A stretch of DNA of 64,000 nucleotides. Origin: Octopus sinensis. Lineage: Eukaryota. The notes beneath the pieces are model-generated. The model was not told where the DNA came from, ran no database searches, and saw only the letters and a list, made by a program, of their open reading frames with translations. Of the stretch, positions 53,604-64,000 are shown piece by piece. The position numbers were made by a program, and so were the translations under genes. Each line of letters opens with the position of its first letter. Within the stretch, counting starts at the first letter, position 1. Location of the stretch: positions 69,564,001 through 69,628,000 of the forward strand of contig NC_043003.1 in assembly GCF_006345805.1 (NCBI RefSeq). Reading direction: 5' to 3'.

Positions 53604-53611
53604 TATGTATA
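50486..53611. repeat. About 3 kb degenerate (TA)n/(TATG)n/(TAA) tract, interrupted at 50849-51153
   Basis: Almost entirely A/T with scattered G; source of the YI-repeat ORFs. Confidence 0.95.
50849..51153 (-). mobile_element. CR1/L2-group LINE 3' end embedded in the TA tract
   Basis: Minus strand [30 protein letters not shown] (~RGPRLFNxLP...FKxKLD), then a short UTR and a ttaagg-type repeat tail. Confidence 0.7.
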
Positions 53612-53833
53612 GGCGAGCTGGTAGAAACGTTAGCACGCCGGGTGAAATTCGTAGCAGTATTTCGTCTGTTACGTTCCGAGTTCAAATTCCGCCAAGGTCG
53701 ACTTTGCCTTTCATCCTTTCGGGGTCGATAAATTAAGTACTAGTTACGCACTGGGGTCGATGTAATCGACTTAATCCCTTTGTCTGTCCTTTTTGTCCCC
53801 TCTATGTTTAGCCCCTTGTGGGTAGTAAAGAAA
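53612..53833 (+). mobile_element. tRNA-derived SINE family B
   Basis: ggcgagctggtagaaacgttagc...gagttcaaattcc...gcctttcatcctttcggggtcgataaattaagtac. Other copies at about 50261-50484, 62304-62512, 43102-43285, 42860-43075, 37848-38058(-) and 58372-58570(-). Confidence 0.88.
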
Positions 53834-54016
53834 TATATATATGATACATTATCCCATATGACAATTCTCACAGCATGATGTCAATGATTCTGAGAGAGGG
53901 AGAAGTGTTGACCTGTGTATATGGGCAGATACACACATGCCCATGGAGCTAAGCCCTTTGTGGATGTGAAACCATTGGTCACTCTATGACTGGACATAGA
54001 CTTAACTACATATATA

Positions 54017-54850
54017 TCATCATCATCGTTTTCATCGTTTAACATCTGTTTTCTATGCTGGCATAGGTTGGACAGTTTGACTGAGGTCTGGCAAGCCAGT
54101 GGGTTGCCCAGGCTTCAATCTGACTGGCACTGTTTCTGTAGCTGGATGGCCTTCCTAACGCCAACCACTCCGAGAGTGTAGTGAGTGCTTTTTATGTGCC
54201 ACTGGCATGGGAGCCAATTGGGGCACTGGCATGATCATGTTCGGATGGTGCATTTTACGTTCCACTGGCACAAGAGCCAGTCAGAGGGCACTGGCATCAA
54301 CCATGTTCAGATGGTGCTTTTTATGTGCCACCAGCACGAAAGCCAGTTGGCAGTACTGACATTGACCACATTCGGATGGTGCATTTTACGTGCCACTGGC
54401 ACAGGAGCCAGTCTGGGTGCACTGGCATGTTCAGATGGTGTTTTTTACATGCCACCAGCACGGGAGCCAGTCAGATGGCACAAATCACAGCTATGATTTC
54501 GATTTTACTTGACTCAACAGGTCTTCTCAAGCATATCATATCGCCCGATGCTTCAAAGGTACTTTTAAGTAGGTCGATCCTGCAACATTAGCATCAGCTA
54601 TGGCTGCAAACTCACTTGCTGGGTCTTCTCAACCCCAGCATATCTCCAAAGGTCTCTGTATTCTGTCATGGCTTCTGTGAAGTCTAATGTTTGAAGGTCA
54701 TGCTTCACCACCTCATCTCATGTCTTCCTGGGTTTGCCTCTTCCATAGGTTCCTTCCACTGTTAGGCACTTCCTCACAGCTGTCCACAGCATGACCATAC
54801 CAGTGCAGTTGTCTCCTTGCACACCACATTTGATGCTTCTTATGTCACAA
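54017..54850 (-). mobile_element. RTE LINE 3' end (ORF2 tail plus 3' UTR)
   Basis: Minus strand DIRSIKCGVQ...VEGTYGRGKPRKT*DEVVKHDLQTL...DLWRYA. UTR repeats gatggtgcattttacgtgccactggcac and a (GAT)n tail. Confidence 0.8.
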
Positions 54851-56029
54851 TGTGGGACTTACTACAATTTTGAAAAATGCTAAACCGTTGTACTACACCT
54901 TGACAATTTCCATATCTTGGCATCTGAAGCTGCTGGAGATACGATAGTTTGACCCAAAAAACTGGCTATTGCAAGCAAAATTAAATATTGAAAAAAAAAA
55001 CACATTTGGCCAAATTTGAACATACAACAGTTTAACATAATAGCAATGATATATGTATATAATATATATATCTCACTGCCATGACATGAGCCTATAGAGA
55101 TATCCTCCTGGAACAGAAATTGAAATGCATGCTATAGTGTTCAGAAATGAGTTACAATTGAAGGGGGCAATTAGTGCACTAGTTTCCCTGCAGATTGGTT
55201 GATTGTCATCAGGTGTCTTATTCCTGGATGGGTACATAGTACCCAACGAAATGAACTTGGAACATTTATATCTAAATTACAAACATTAACATTCTTGTCT
55301 GCTGCGTAAAGTACAATACTATGTGCACATCCAGAAATAAGACCTCTGATGGTGACTAGAATTTAAATCAAATTATAAGCCAAGTGTAGGTGCAAATATG
55401 ATTATAAAACACTTTTCATCTTTAAAAATGTAAATAATCTGCAAAATTATTATCACAAAAATACTTGAATTATTCAAATAATAAAAAAAAAAAACTGGAA
55501 ATGTACTTGCATAGCAAGTGACCTGATCTGAGATCGTGTGCTGAAACAAAAACAATTGCAGTGTGGAAGGTAAGCCATTTACAAACACACAAAACCGTTA
55601 CATTCACTTCAACATTTAAACATAATCTGTCAAAATATTTTTGTTACTTTGAGACTGCAACCTGTTCACCGACAAAATTCTCAAGTCCTAGGACTTGTTG
55701 GGTTGGTTGCCTGATTGCCATGGCATATAAGTGACAGAAATCACAACATTCCATTTCATGTTGCTCTAGTCCACTCAGCCGGCAAAAGTGAGTTGTACCT
55801 GCAATTCAAAAGGGCCAGCCTTGTCACACACTGAATCTCCCTGAGAATTATGTTAAGGGTACATGTGTCTGTGGAGTGCTCAGCCACTGACATGTTAATT
55901 TTGTGAGCTGGCTGTTTCCTTGAATGGACCCCTTGTCATTGTAACTGATGGAGTGCTACTATGTATGTTTGTGTGTCTGTGCATGTGTGTGTGTAAATAT
56001 ATATATAAGAGAACAAAGTGTACGCACAT

Positions 56030-56550
56030 ATATATATATATATAAAATACAAAATGGGACAAGAACGCAAAACATCCGGACAACTAGGTGATACAAAAAG
56101 GGACAACAAAACATCCAGATAGACAATACAAAAAAACAAGGACGGGTCATTCGAAGCTTTCTATCCTCAGTCAAGAACCAGATCATCCTTGCAATTTCGG
56201 CTGATTAAGCTTGAGATTTCTCCAATCTGGCCAGCCTCAAGGAAAAACTAAGCTAAGAGCATTAGATTCCTTGGAAGAAAGCGTCGAATGTATACGAAAA
56301 CAAGGACGGAAAAAACAGACAATGTTACACAAATATAAATACAATAAAAATAATAATAACAGGACAATCTCAAGATTAATCAGCTGAAATTGCGAGGATG
56401 ATCTGGTTCTTGACTGAGGATAGAAAGCTTCGAATAACCCATCCTTGTTTTTTCGTATTGTCTATCTGGATGTTTTGTTGTCCCTTTTTGTATCACCTAG
56501 TTGTCCGGATGTTTTGCGTTCTTGTCCCATTTTGTATTTTATATATATAT
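56030..56550. repeat. About 180-bp inverted repeat with about 147-bp spacer
   Basis: 56040-56218 is the inverse of 56366-56543 with only a handful of mismatches. Confidence 0.88.
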
Positions 56551-56920
56551 ATGGAAAGGGAAATAGAAGCTTCTAACAACGTGCATAGTCAAAGAAATAC
56601 ACTTCTGAAGATGGTTCTTTGCACTTCAATATATAAAGGCTTTTCAACTACCTCTGCTTTACATGCCACAATGGCTAGCATTTTTGAAGGGAGGGGCCAC
56701 CAAGTCGGTTACACTGACATCAGTACTTGACTGGTACTGTTTGTTTTATCGTTTCTGAAAGGACGAATACCAAAGTTGACCTCAGTAATATTTGTAAAGA
56801 ACCAGAAGAAATTCCACAAAGCTTGTTTCTCCAATGTGCTAACAATTCTGCCAGATCAATGACTTAAATAAATAAATAAATTTTAAAAATGCCACAAATA
56901 TAAATTCTTCCAATACTGAC

Positions 56921-57019
56921 CGTATTCGATTGTTTATAAAGACGTTTAGTCGTTTCCACATTGCAAGTTTTCAACTCGTGAGATCGGTTTTCTTTGGTGT
57001 TCACTTCATCCAAGTGATT
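56921..57019 (-). CDS. DCDC1: DCDC1-like exon (NHLDEVNTKENRSHELKTCNVETTKRLYKQSNT)
   Basis: Acceptor tttttttttgcacag, donor ACG|GTCAGT, 99 nt, phase 0/0. KRLYKQSNT followed by KRV matches the recalled human DCDC1 LYKQPNTKRV. Confidence 0.88.
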
Positions 57020-58993
57020 CTGTGCAAAAAAAAAATAAGGGAATAAATTATTGAATGAAAAAACCCCCCAAAACACCCAAAAGAATAAACAGACTAATCA
57101 GAGTAGAATGGACAAGAAAAAGGCCATACTCCATCTCAAACACAGCTAACAAGAATCCAAATGCAAAACCAGAATCTACAGAAACTGGTGGTGATCTCTG
57201 ATAGCAGAGGTTATTGGTTCACAATGAGGTAATTACTGGTATATTGTATTTATGATGATAAGAATGACAAGGTAGCATCTGTTAAACTAAGATTGGTTTC
57301 TATGTTATTTAGAGAAAAGAATGTTTTATCTTTTGTTTGTTTCGGTCATTGGACAACAGCCATGCTGGAGCACTGCCTTGAAGTGTTTAGTCAAGCAAAC
57401 TGATGCCAGGATGTTTTTTTTAAAGTCTGCTACTTATTCTATCAGTCTGTTTTGCTAAACTGTTAAGTTATGGGGATGTAAACAAACCAACAGTGGTTGT
57501 CAAGTGAGGTGGGATCACAAACACATACATACATACTGTTTGCACTCATCATCATCATCATCATTTAACGTCTGCTCCCCATGCTGGCATGGGTTGGCTG
57601 GATTGACATGGGGCTGGCCAGCCAAGGAGCTGCACCAGGCTCCAGCTGTCTGTTGTGACATTAGGATTAGGGTTAGTTGGATGTCCTTTCTAACTATGTA
57701 AAATATATTAATGATGCTTTTTTGTAAATAGCCTTCATTATTTACTGACAATAGAAAATAGTCTGATATGAGGGCATATTAACCTTGAAAAGGAAAAAAA
57801 TAGGCATTTTCCCATTTTTTTTCATTATTAGGGTTTAGTCTGATATTAGAGCATATAAACCCTCATAATCGAAGAAAGAAATGGGGGTTTATATCCCCTA
57901 ATATCAGACAATTTTCTATAGTCTATATATAGTGAAGGCTTAATTCTATTTATAAAATTTCATTTGTCATTGTTTCCTAATTCACAGATGTTTGTAAAGA
58001 ATAAAAAGTTTTGAATGGTACAACAATGCACTATAATACAAACAATGGACACTATACCTGTTGTAATTTAGTCATCCAAAGTCTGATAATAGTTCGGAAT
58101 AAAATTCCTTCTTCAGATATTCTTTGATGGAGTCGCTGCTATACTCTCCTAACACGTTTGCATATAAATGATGCATTTTGCTACTGTTACATTATATATA
58201 TAATGCACCGGCTATTCTAAAGTATGGTAACAGTACTTGCTCAAGGTACTGTACAATGAGATTGAACCTGAAACCACATGGTTAGGAAGTAAATTTCTTA
58301 ACCACACAGCCATGCTTACACTTAGATATTTAGCTCTGATTCCCTTACTGTTCATGAAATGAGATAATTCTTTTCTACTCTAGACACGAGCCGAAATTTT
58401 TGGGGAAGGGGACCAGTTGATTAGATTGACCTCAGTATGCAACTGGTACTTAAATTATCGACTCCCAAAAAGATGAAAGGCAAAGTCGACCTCAGTGGAA
58501 TATGAACTCAGACGAAATACCACTAAGCATTTCAACCAGCGTGCTAATGTTTCTGCCAGGTTGCCACCTTTTGAAATGAGATAATTACCTTCTCAAAAGC
58601 TAACATTCCCAGAATATTTAGTATCCATTCCTAAAAGCTTGGTAAACTAAGGCAATGTAGAATAAAATATTCAACCCAGAAATGCAACAAAATACTGAAG
58701 GTGAAGCTGAACTCCCAATCTATGAGTAATTAATCCAGTAATTTATCCACTTAGCTATTTTCTTGACCTAAATTCAATAATCTTAAATATTCAAATTTTA
58801 CTTTTTCGAAATAATTATTTTAACCTTATAAGGCATATTGTAAATAACTCTTGATATTTCCAATGTACTTTTAAACAATAGAATTGAAAGCTTTGATAAC
58901 CTCTTAGGATTCTTTATTTTTGAATAACAATAAACTGTCTGGCAGTTATAGAATTATTGACATTTAAATGATACTTGTGTGTGTGTGTGTTAG

Positions 58994-59275
58994 TGAAGCT
59001 GCATGGTTTAGTGATTAGGGCATTTGGTTCATAGTTGCAAGACTGTGAGTTCAATTCCTGGCAGTACATCGTATCCTTGAGCAAGACACTTCATTTCACG
59101 TTGCTCCAGTCCACTCAGCCGGCAAAAGCGAGTTGTATCTGTAATTCAAAAGGGCCAGCCTTGTCACACTGAATCTCCCTGTTAAGGGTACACATGTCGG
59201 TGGAGTGCTCAGCCACTTACATGTTAATGAACCCACTGGACCCCTTGTCATTGTAACCCATGGAGTGCTATTATG
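58994..59275 (+). mobile_element. tRNA-derived SINE family D
   Basis: catggtttagtgattaggg...gagttcaattcc...ttgagcaagacact...gttgctccagtccactcagc. Related pieces at about 55760-55960, 44270-44440(-) and 25733-25950. Confidence 0.75.
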
Positions 59276-60137
59276 TATGCTTGTGTGTCTGTGCATGTGT
59301 GAGACCTATTGGTCAAGTACATCAAAATCAAAAGGAAATTGTAGTTGTGATCCCTATGCCGGTGGCATGTAAAAAGCACAATCCAAATTTGACTGATGCC
59401 AGCACCACTTTGACTGGCTTCCATGCCAGTGGCACATAAAAGGCACCCACTAGACTCTTGGAGTGGTTGGTGTTAGGAAGGGCATCCAGCTGTAGAAACA
59501 TTGCCAGATCATACTGGAGCTTGGTGCAGCCTCCTGGCTTCCCAGACCCCAGTCGAACCGTCCAACCAATGCCAGCATGGAAAACGGATGTTAAACAATG
59601 ATGATGATGATGATATATATGGAAAGGGAAATGAGGAAAGCTTCTAACAATGTGTACAGTCAAAGAAATACACTACTGAAGATGGGTCTTTGCACCTCAA
59701 AATATAAAGGCTTTTCAACTTCTACCTCTGCTTTATTAGAAGCTTTACTCATTTCATTTATTATTTTACTTCTATACTGCAATGCTTCAAGCAAACTACA
59801 ATGCTCTTCATATATTAGTGTGTATATATATGTGCGTGTGTGTGTGTGTGTGTGTACAACCATATTTAATTTGTTTGTGAACACTTTGATTTGGATAGAC
59901 CTTTCACTGCAGAAATAATCCAAAGAAAAAACTACCCCCTACTTCTTCCGACAATATATGTAAAATACATTGGGCTACAAATGACATCGTAGGATACATG
60001 CACCTTGGCATCAAGGTACCTCATCAGCTATATATAAATACATTCTTATAGGGCTGTGAAGGAGGGAAAAAGGAAGAAAAGCTTCTATACAACAGTAGGA
60101 GAAAGAAATAAGTAATTTAGATGAATAAATTAATTAC

Positions 60138-60274
60138 TTTTAATTGGTGAACTTTATCTTGATGATGTTTTTCTTGATCTGTCGTATCAGTCCAATGCCC
60201 TGTAATTACCACAGGGTTAGTTCCATCTTGTGTTGCTTCATATTTACCTGGATAAAGTTCCTCTAAACGTCTAC
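60138..60274 (-). CDS. DCDC1: DCDC1-like exon (GRRLEELYPGKYEATQDGTNPVVITGHWTDTTDQEKHHQDKVHQLK)
   Basis: Acceptor ttatttttag, donor AAA|GTAATT, 137 nt, phase 1 to 0. Confidence 0.82.
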
Positions 60275-60760
60275 CTAAAAATAAATACGAAAGAAAAATC
60301 TTCACAACAATAATCAACAATAGTAATTAGTAAAAATATATGGAACATGTTCATTTCCATTATATTTTAAATATGGTTTTATCTATTAATTGCTAGTAGG
60401 GACACTAGTTCATTTGACAGCTATAATATACAAACAAGTAGATTAAAGGTTTATTAGCCAATACAGTGTCCCACCTTGTGTTAGCAGTGCTTTTAAATCA
60501 CTTTTTAAAGTTCTCTCTACAGATTTAGAGCCAGCACTAATAGTTACAATCTTTCATATATGAATATGTCTGTAATGTATGCGATTGAAGATAGGAAAAT
60601 AGGTAAAGGGTGTACCTGCATATTTTAGGAGTTATTTCTTCTTCCACATCACATCCAACCCATTACCTGTCCACAAGCACATTGCTTAAATAGCCTCTAA
60701 GCTTAGCAGTGTAACACCATATATTGTAATGCAATCGTGATATACTATCAAATATGTTAA

Positions 60761-60949
60761 CCCTTTCATTACCAACCCAGCTGAAACTGGCTCTGAGTAC
60801 AAATGTCTTGTTTTCATAAGTTCTGAATTAAAATCTTAGTCACAATTTATGACTTAATGGTAACTAAGTTATTTTGCTAAATTCTTTGTTACATTTAAAA
60901 TTAATTGAAAGAAACAGAGCATCTCAACAGAAATATGGTGACAAAAGGG
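60761..60949. mobile_element. piggyBac-like MITE
   Basis: TTAA|CCCTTT ... AAAGGG|TTAA, a TTAA target duplication. Confidence 0.75.
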
Positions 60950-61777
60950 TTAACAGGTTGGATGTGGTGCTGATGAAAGATCAACAACTCCTGAAATATG
61001 GATATACACGTACTACCTACTTTTCTGTCCTTAATCACACTGTTTTTCTAGAGGAAATGTAATTTTTATTGCTAGCTCTTAATTCAATAGAAAATCAGTA
61101 GAGATGACTTAAAAGTGATATTTTAATCTTTATTTCAGTTAATCTCTGGTAGACTTTAGATGTTAGGATTTCTAAACATAAAAATAATTGCAAGAATTTG
61201 TAGACTAGGCACAGACATAGCTGTGTGGTTAAGAAGCCTGCACACGTTTGCGCTCCTCCTGCCCACTGCATGACAACTGGTTTTGGATTGTTTATATGTT
61301 TGTGACTTAGCAGTTCAGCAAAAAGGACCACTAGAATATGTACCAGACTTTAAATCAATTGAACCTGTCAAGGTGGTGCTCCAGCATGGCCACACTCCAA
61401 TGAGTGAAATATATAAATGGTAAAAAGATAGCGATGGTCTGGGCTTGTATGAACTGGTTTGGAAATTTAAACAAAAGAGAGTTATTATTTTGGCACCTGA
61501 AAACTATTTTATCAGCATGAAGAAACCCAAGAGAATTGGACACTTGAATCTTTTGAAGGAAACCACATAAAGAAAACGAAAAAACTAAATATGAGAATGA
61601 AAATGTTTGAGAAAGAGATGTAACTAGATAGACAGACAAACAGACAAGTGGATATAGACAGAGGGATGGATACAGAGAGATATGTGGAGTGAGAGACAAA
61701 TAGATATAGATAGATAAATAGGTAGATAGACAGACAGACAGATAGATATAGAGAGAGGGAAAGAGTTAGGATCTTAC

Positions 61778-61879
61778 CTTTCAGTTGCCGTAATATATGC
61801 TTGTGTGTGTCAAGTTCCATTGCAATGTTTGCTTGGATCTTCCTCTTCTTACGTCGGTTTTCCTCCTTCGATTCAACAA
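61778..61879 (-). CDS. DCDC1: DCDC1-like exon (VESKEENRRKKRKIQANIAMELDTHKHILRQLK)
   Basis: Acceptor ttttcttgttttaccag, donor AAAG|GTAAGA, 102 nt, phase 1/1, open frame. Confidence 0.82.
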
Positions 61880-62834
61880 CTGGTAAAACAAGAAAATATT
61901 GAAGTTATCAACTGAAGCAGATGTGTCTGTGTTTATATCTATCTATCTATATATATATATACAAATATATACATACACATATAATGTTGTGCTTGAGAAG
62001 AAGACCCATCAAGCCAAATAAAATTGCAGTTGTGGAATGTAAAAGCACCCATTACACTCTCGGAGTGGTCGTCATTAGGAAGGGCATCCATAGAAAACCA
62101 TGCCAAATCAGACTGGAGTCTGGTGCAGCCTTCCAGCATGCCACACCTGGTCAAACCGTCCAACCAATGCCAGCATGGACAACGGATGTTGAATGATGAT
62201 GATGATATATATATATATATATATATATAATTAGTAGAAATACATAAATCTGGAGTAGAAACACACTCTAAGGTGTGCAGTTACTATTGTAGTGGGGCAA
62301 GGCAGCGAGCTGGCAGAAATGTTAGCACACCGGGCAAAATGCTTAGCAGTATTTCGTCTGTCTTTACGTTCTGAGTTCAAATTCCACCGAGGTCAACTTT
62401 GCCTTTCATCCTTTTGGGGTCGATAAATTAAGTACCAGTTGTGTACTGGGGTCGATCTAATCGACTGCTCCCCCTCCCCAAAAATTTCGGGCCTTGTGCC
62501 TATACTAGAAGAGAATATTATATAGTGGGGTAATGCCTTTCCCAATGCCAACCACTTTACTGTGTGGACTGGGTGCTTTCAGACATGGCACCAGCACTAA
62601 TGAGGTCACCAAATAACTTACACAATAGGATAAGAAGAAAAAAAGGAAAAGGAGAAAGCCCTCCTGACTAAGTGGGGCATGTATTTGATAGGGGACTGGT
62701 GGTTTAGTGTCAGATTTGGGGAGATTAAAGTACAATAGAGTGACAAGGTGTCTCACTACAGAGAATATACTTGGCTACCTGCATATCAATAATTAATAAT
62801 CAGTAATTCTTAAATAAGTGGTTGATTATTTCAC

Positions 62835-62975
62835 CTTCAGGAGGAATGAACCTTCGATTACTTGATACCCAGACTTCAATTGGATAACGTAGAATACAAC
62901 TCAAGGGAGGTAAATCAACAGTTTTCATTAGGCTGTCTCTTGTCTTTGCCATCTCATCAGTATCAATTTGGTCTT
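62835..62975 (-). CDS. DCDC1: DCDC1-like exon (EDQIDTDEMAKTRDSLMKTVDLPPLSCILRYPIEVWVSSNRRFIPPE)
   Basis: Acceptor ttttttgttacag, donor GAAG|GTGAAA, 141 nt, phase 1/1. Ends with a DCX-like IEVWVS..F motif and joins in frame to 61879. Confidence 0.8.
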
Positions 62976-63754
62976 CTGTAACAAAAAAAAACAAAACAAA
63001 AAACATCATCAATGCAAAAATCAATACATTGCTATGTATAGCTTCAGTGATTCAAATGAGATTGGTAAATAGATTTGGATGAGAGAGAAGTGGTGGAAGA
63101 GAAGGGAGAGAGGGGAGGTTTATCAACAGAAAAAGTAATTACAGCAGTACACACACACACACACACATGCACATATAATTATATCATCATCATCATCATC
63201 GTTTAACATCCGTTTTCCATGCTGGCATGGGATGGACGGTTTGACTGGGGTTTGGGAAGCCAGGAGGCTGCACCAGACTCCAGTCTGATCTGGCAATGTT
63301 TCTACGACTGGATGCCCTTCCTAATGCCAACCACTCTGAGAGTGTAGTGCATGGGAGCCAGTCAAGGTGGTGCTGGCATCGGCCATGTTCGGATGGTGCT
63401 TTTTATGTGCCGCCGGCACAGAAGCCAGTTAGGGTGAGGGGGCTGGTATTGACCATATTTGGATGGCACTTTTTATGTGCCACTGGCACGGGGACCACAA
63501 CTACGATTTTCATTTGATTGTGATTTGATGTTGATGTACTTAACTCAATAGGTCTCTTCAAGCAATATATAAACACATATACATGCACAACAATTATATA
63601 TACACATGTATTATATAAATGTGTGTATTCATACATACATATGCACACATACACACACAATCATACCTATATATATATATATCTGTTTAGACAGTCATTC
63701 AGTATGGAGGAGAAAAGTCAGGTTTCGACTTTCTACCTTAATATAAGGAGCAAT

Positions 63755-64000
63755 GACCGAGACCTTTGGCATTATGTCGTGCTTGAGAAGAAGACTCTTC
63801 AAGCTAAGCAAAATTACAATCATGGCAGATACTGGTGTCGTACAAATGGCACCCATGCCAGTGGCACATAAAAGCACCCATTACACTCTCAGAGTGCTTG
63901 GTGTTAGGAAGAACATCCAGCTGCAGAAACCATGCCAGATCAGACTGGAACCTGGTGCAGCCTTCCAGCTTACCAGCCCTGGTCAAACTGTCCAACCCAT
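63755..64000 (+). mobile_element. RTE LINE 3' end, running off the window edge
   Basis: DRDLWHYVVLEKKTL leads straight into the cacccattacactctc...ttaggaag...catccagctg UTR. This shows the many catcatcatcgtttaac elements (26375, 31250, 35560, 43750, 59330, 61985, 63183) are truncated RTE 3' UTRs. Confidence 0.75.

Noticed and set aside
50471-53731. Many long YI/MYI/CVC ORFs here and at 6485-6980 and 31824-32293
   Set aside because: Translations of (TA)n/(TG)n microsatellites; stop-poor by composition.
59673-59776. Apparent DCDC1 exon YRSKIINEMSKASNKAEVEVEKPLY
   Set aside because: Weak splice sites. It overlaps a locally duplicated block, and the exon at 56921-57019 supplies the conserved KRLYKQ..T/KRV junction.

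Overview
AT-rich eukaryotic genomic DNA, not prokaryotic. The SINE/RTE/MITE landscape and long (TA)n/(CA)n microsatellites look like a cephalopod, most likely Octopus; this is an inference from the repeat families. Two spliced genes were reconstructed by hand, both on the minus strand. (1) The first two coding exons of a PLEKHA5/6/7-like WW-WW-PH protein: 8619-8534 and 2041-1965; the gene runs off the left edge. (2) The 3' part of a DCDC1 (DCDC5)-like multi-doublecortin gene: 7-8 exons from 62975 down to about 25317, all phase-compatible. In the gap between them a YY1/E-box/E2F motif cluster precedes a possible 5-exon, 88-aa plus-strand gene that I do not recognise. The rest is repeats: decayed Hero, RTE, CR1 and Penelope-like retroelements, mariner, Merlin-like, MULE-like and piggyBac-like MITEs, several tRNA-derived SINE families, and a roughly 3 kb TA-rich tract. 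The most unusual signals are a tRNA-headed SINE whose copies jointly reconstruct a minimal type I hammerhead ribozyme core, an RTE copy whose 3' UTR has expanded into a two-level tandem array, a cluster of four GG-ended 8-bp-TSD MITEs, and several long intronic inverted repeats. No CRISPR array, rRNA or true tRNA gene was found. Most supplied ORFs are microsatellite artefacts. All family assignments come from recalled motifs; no database search was run.
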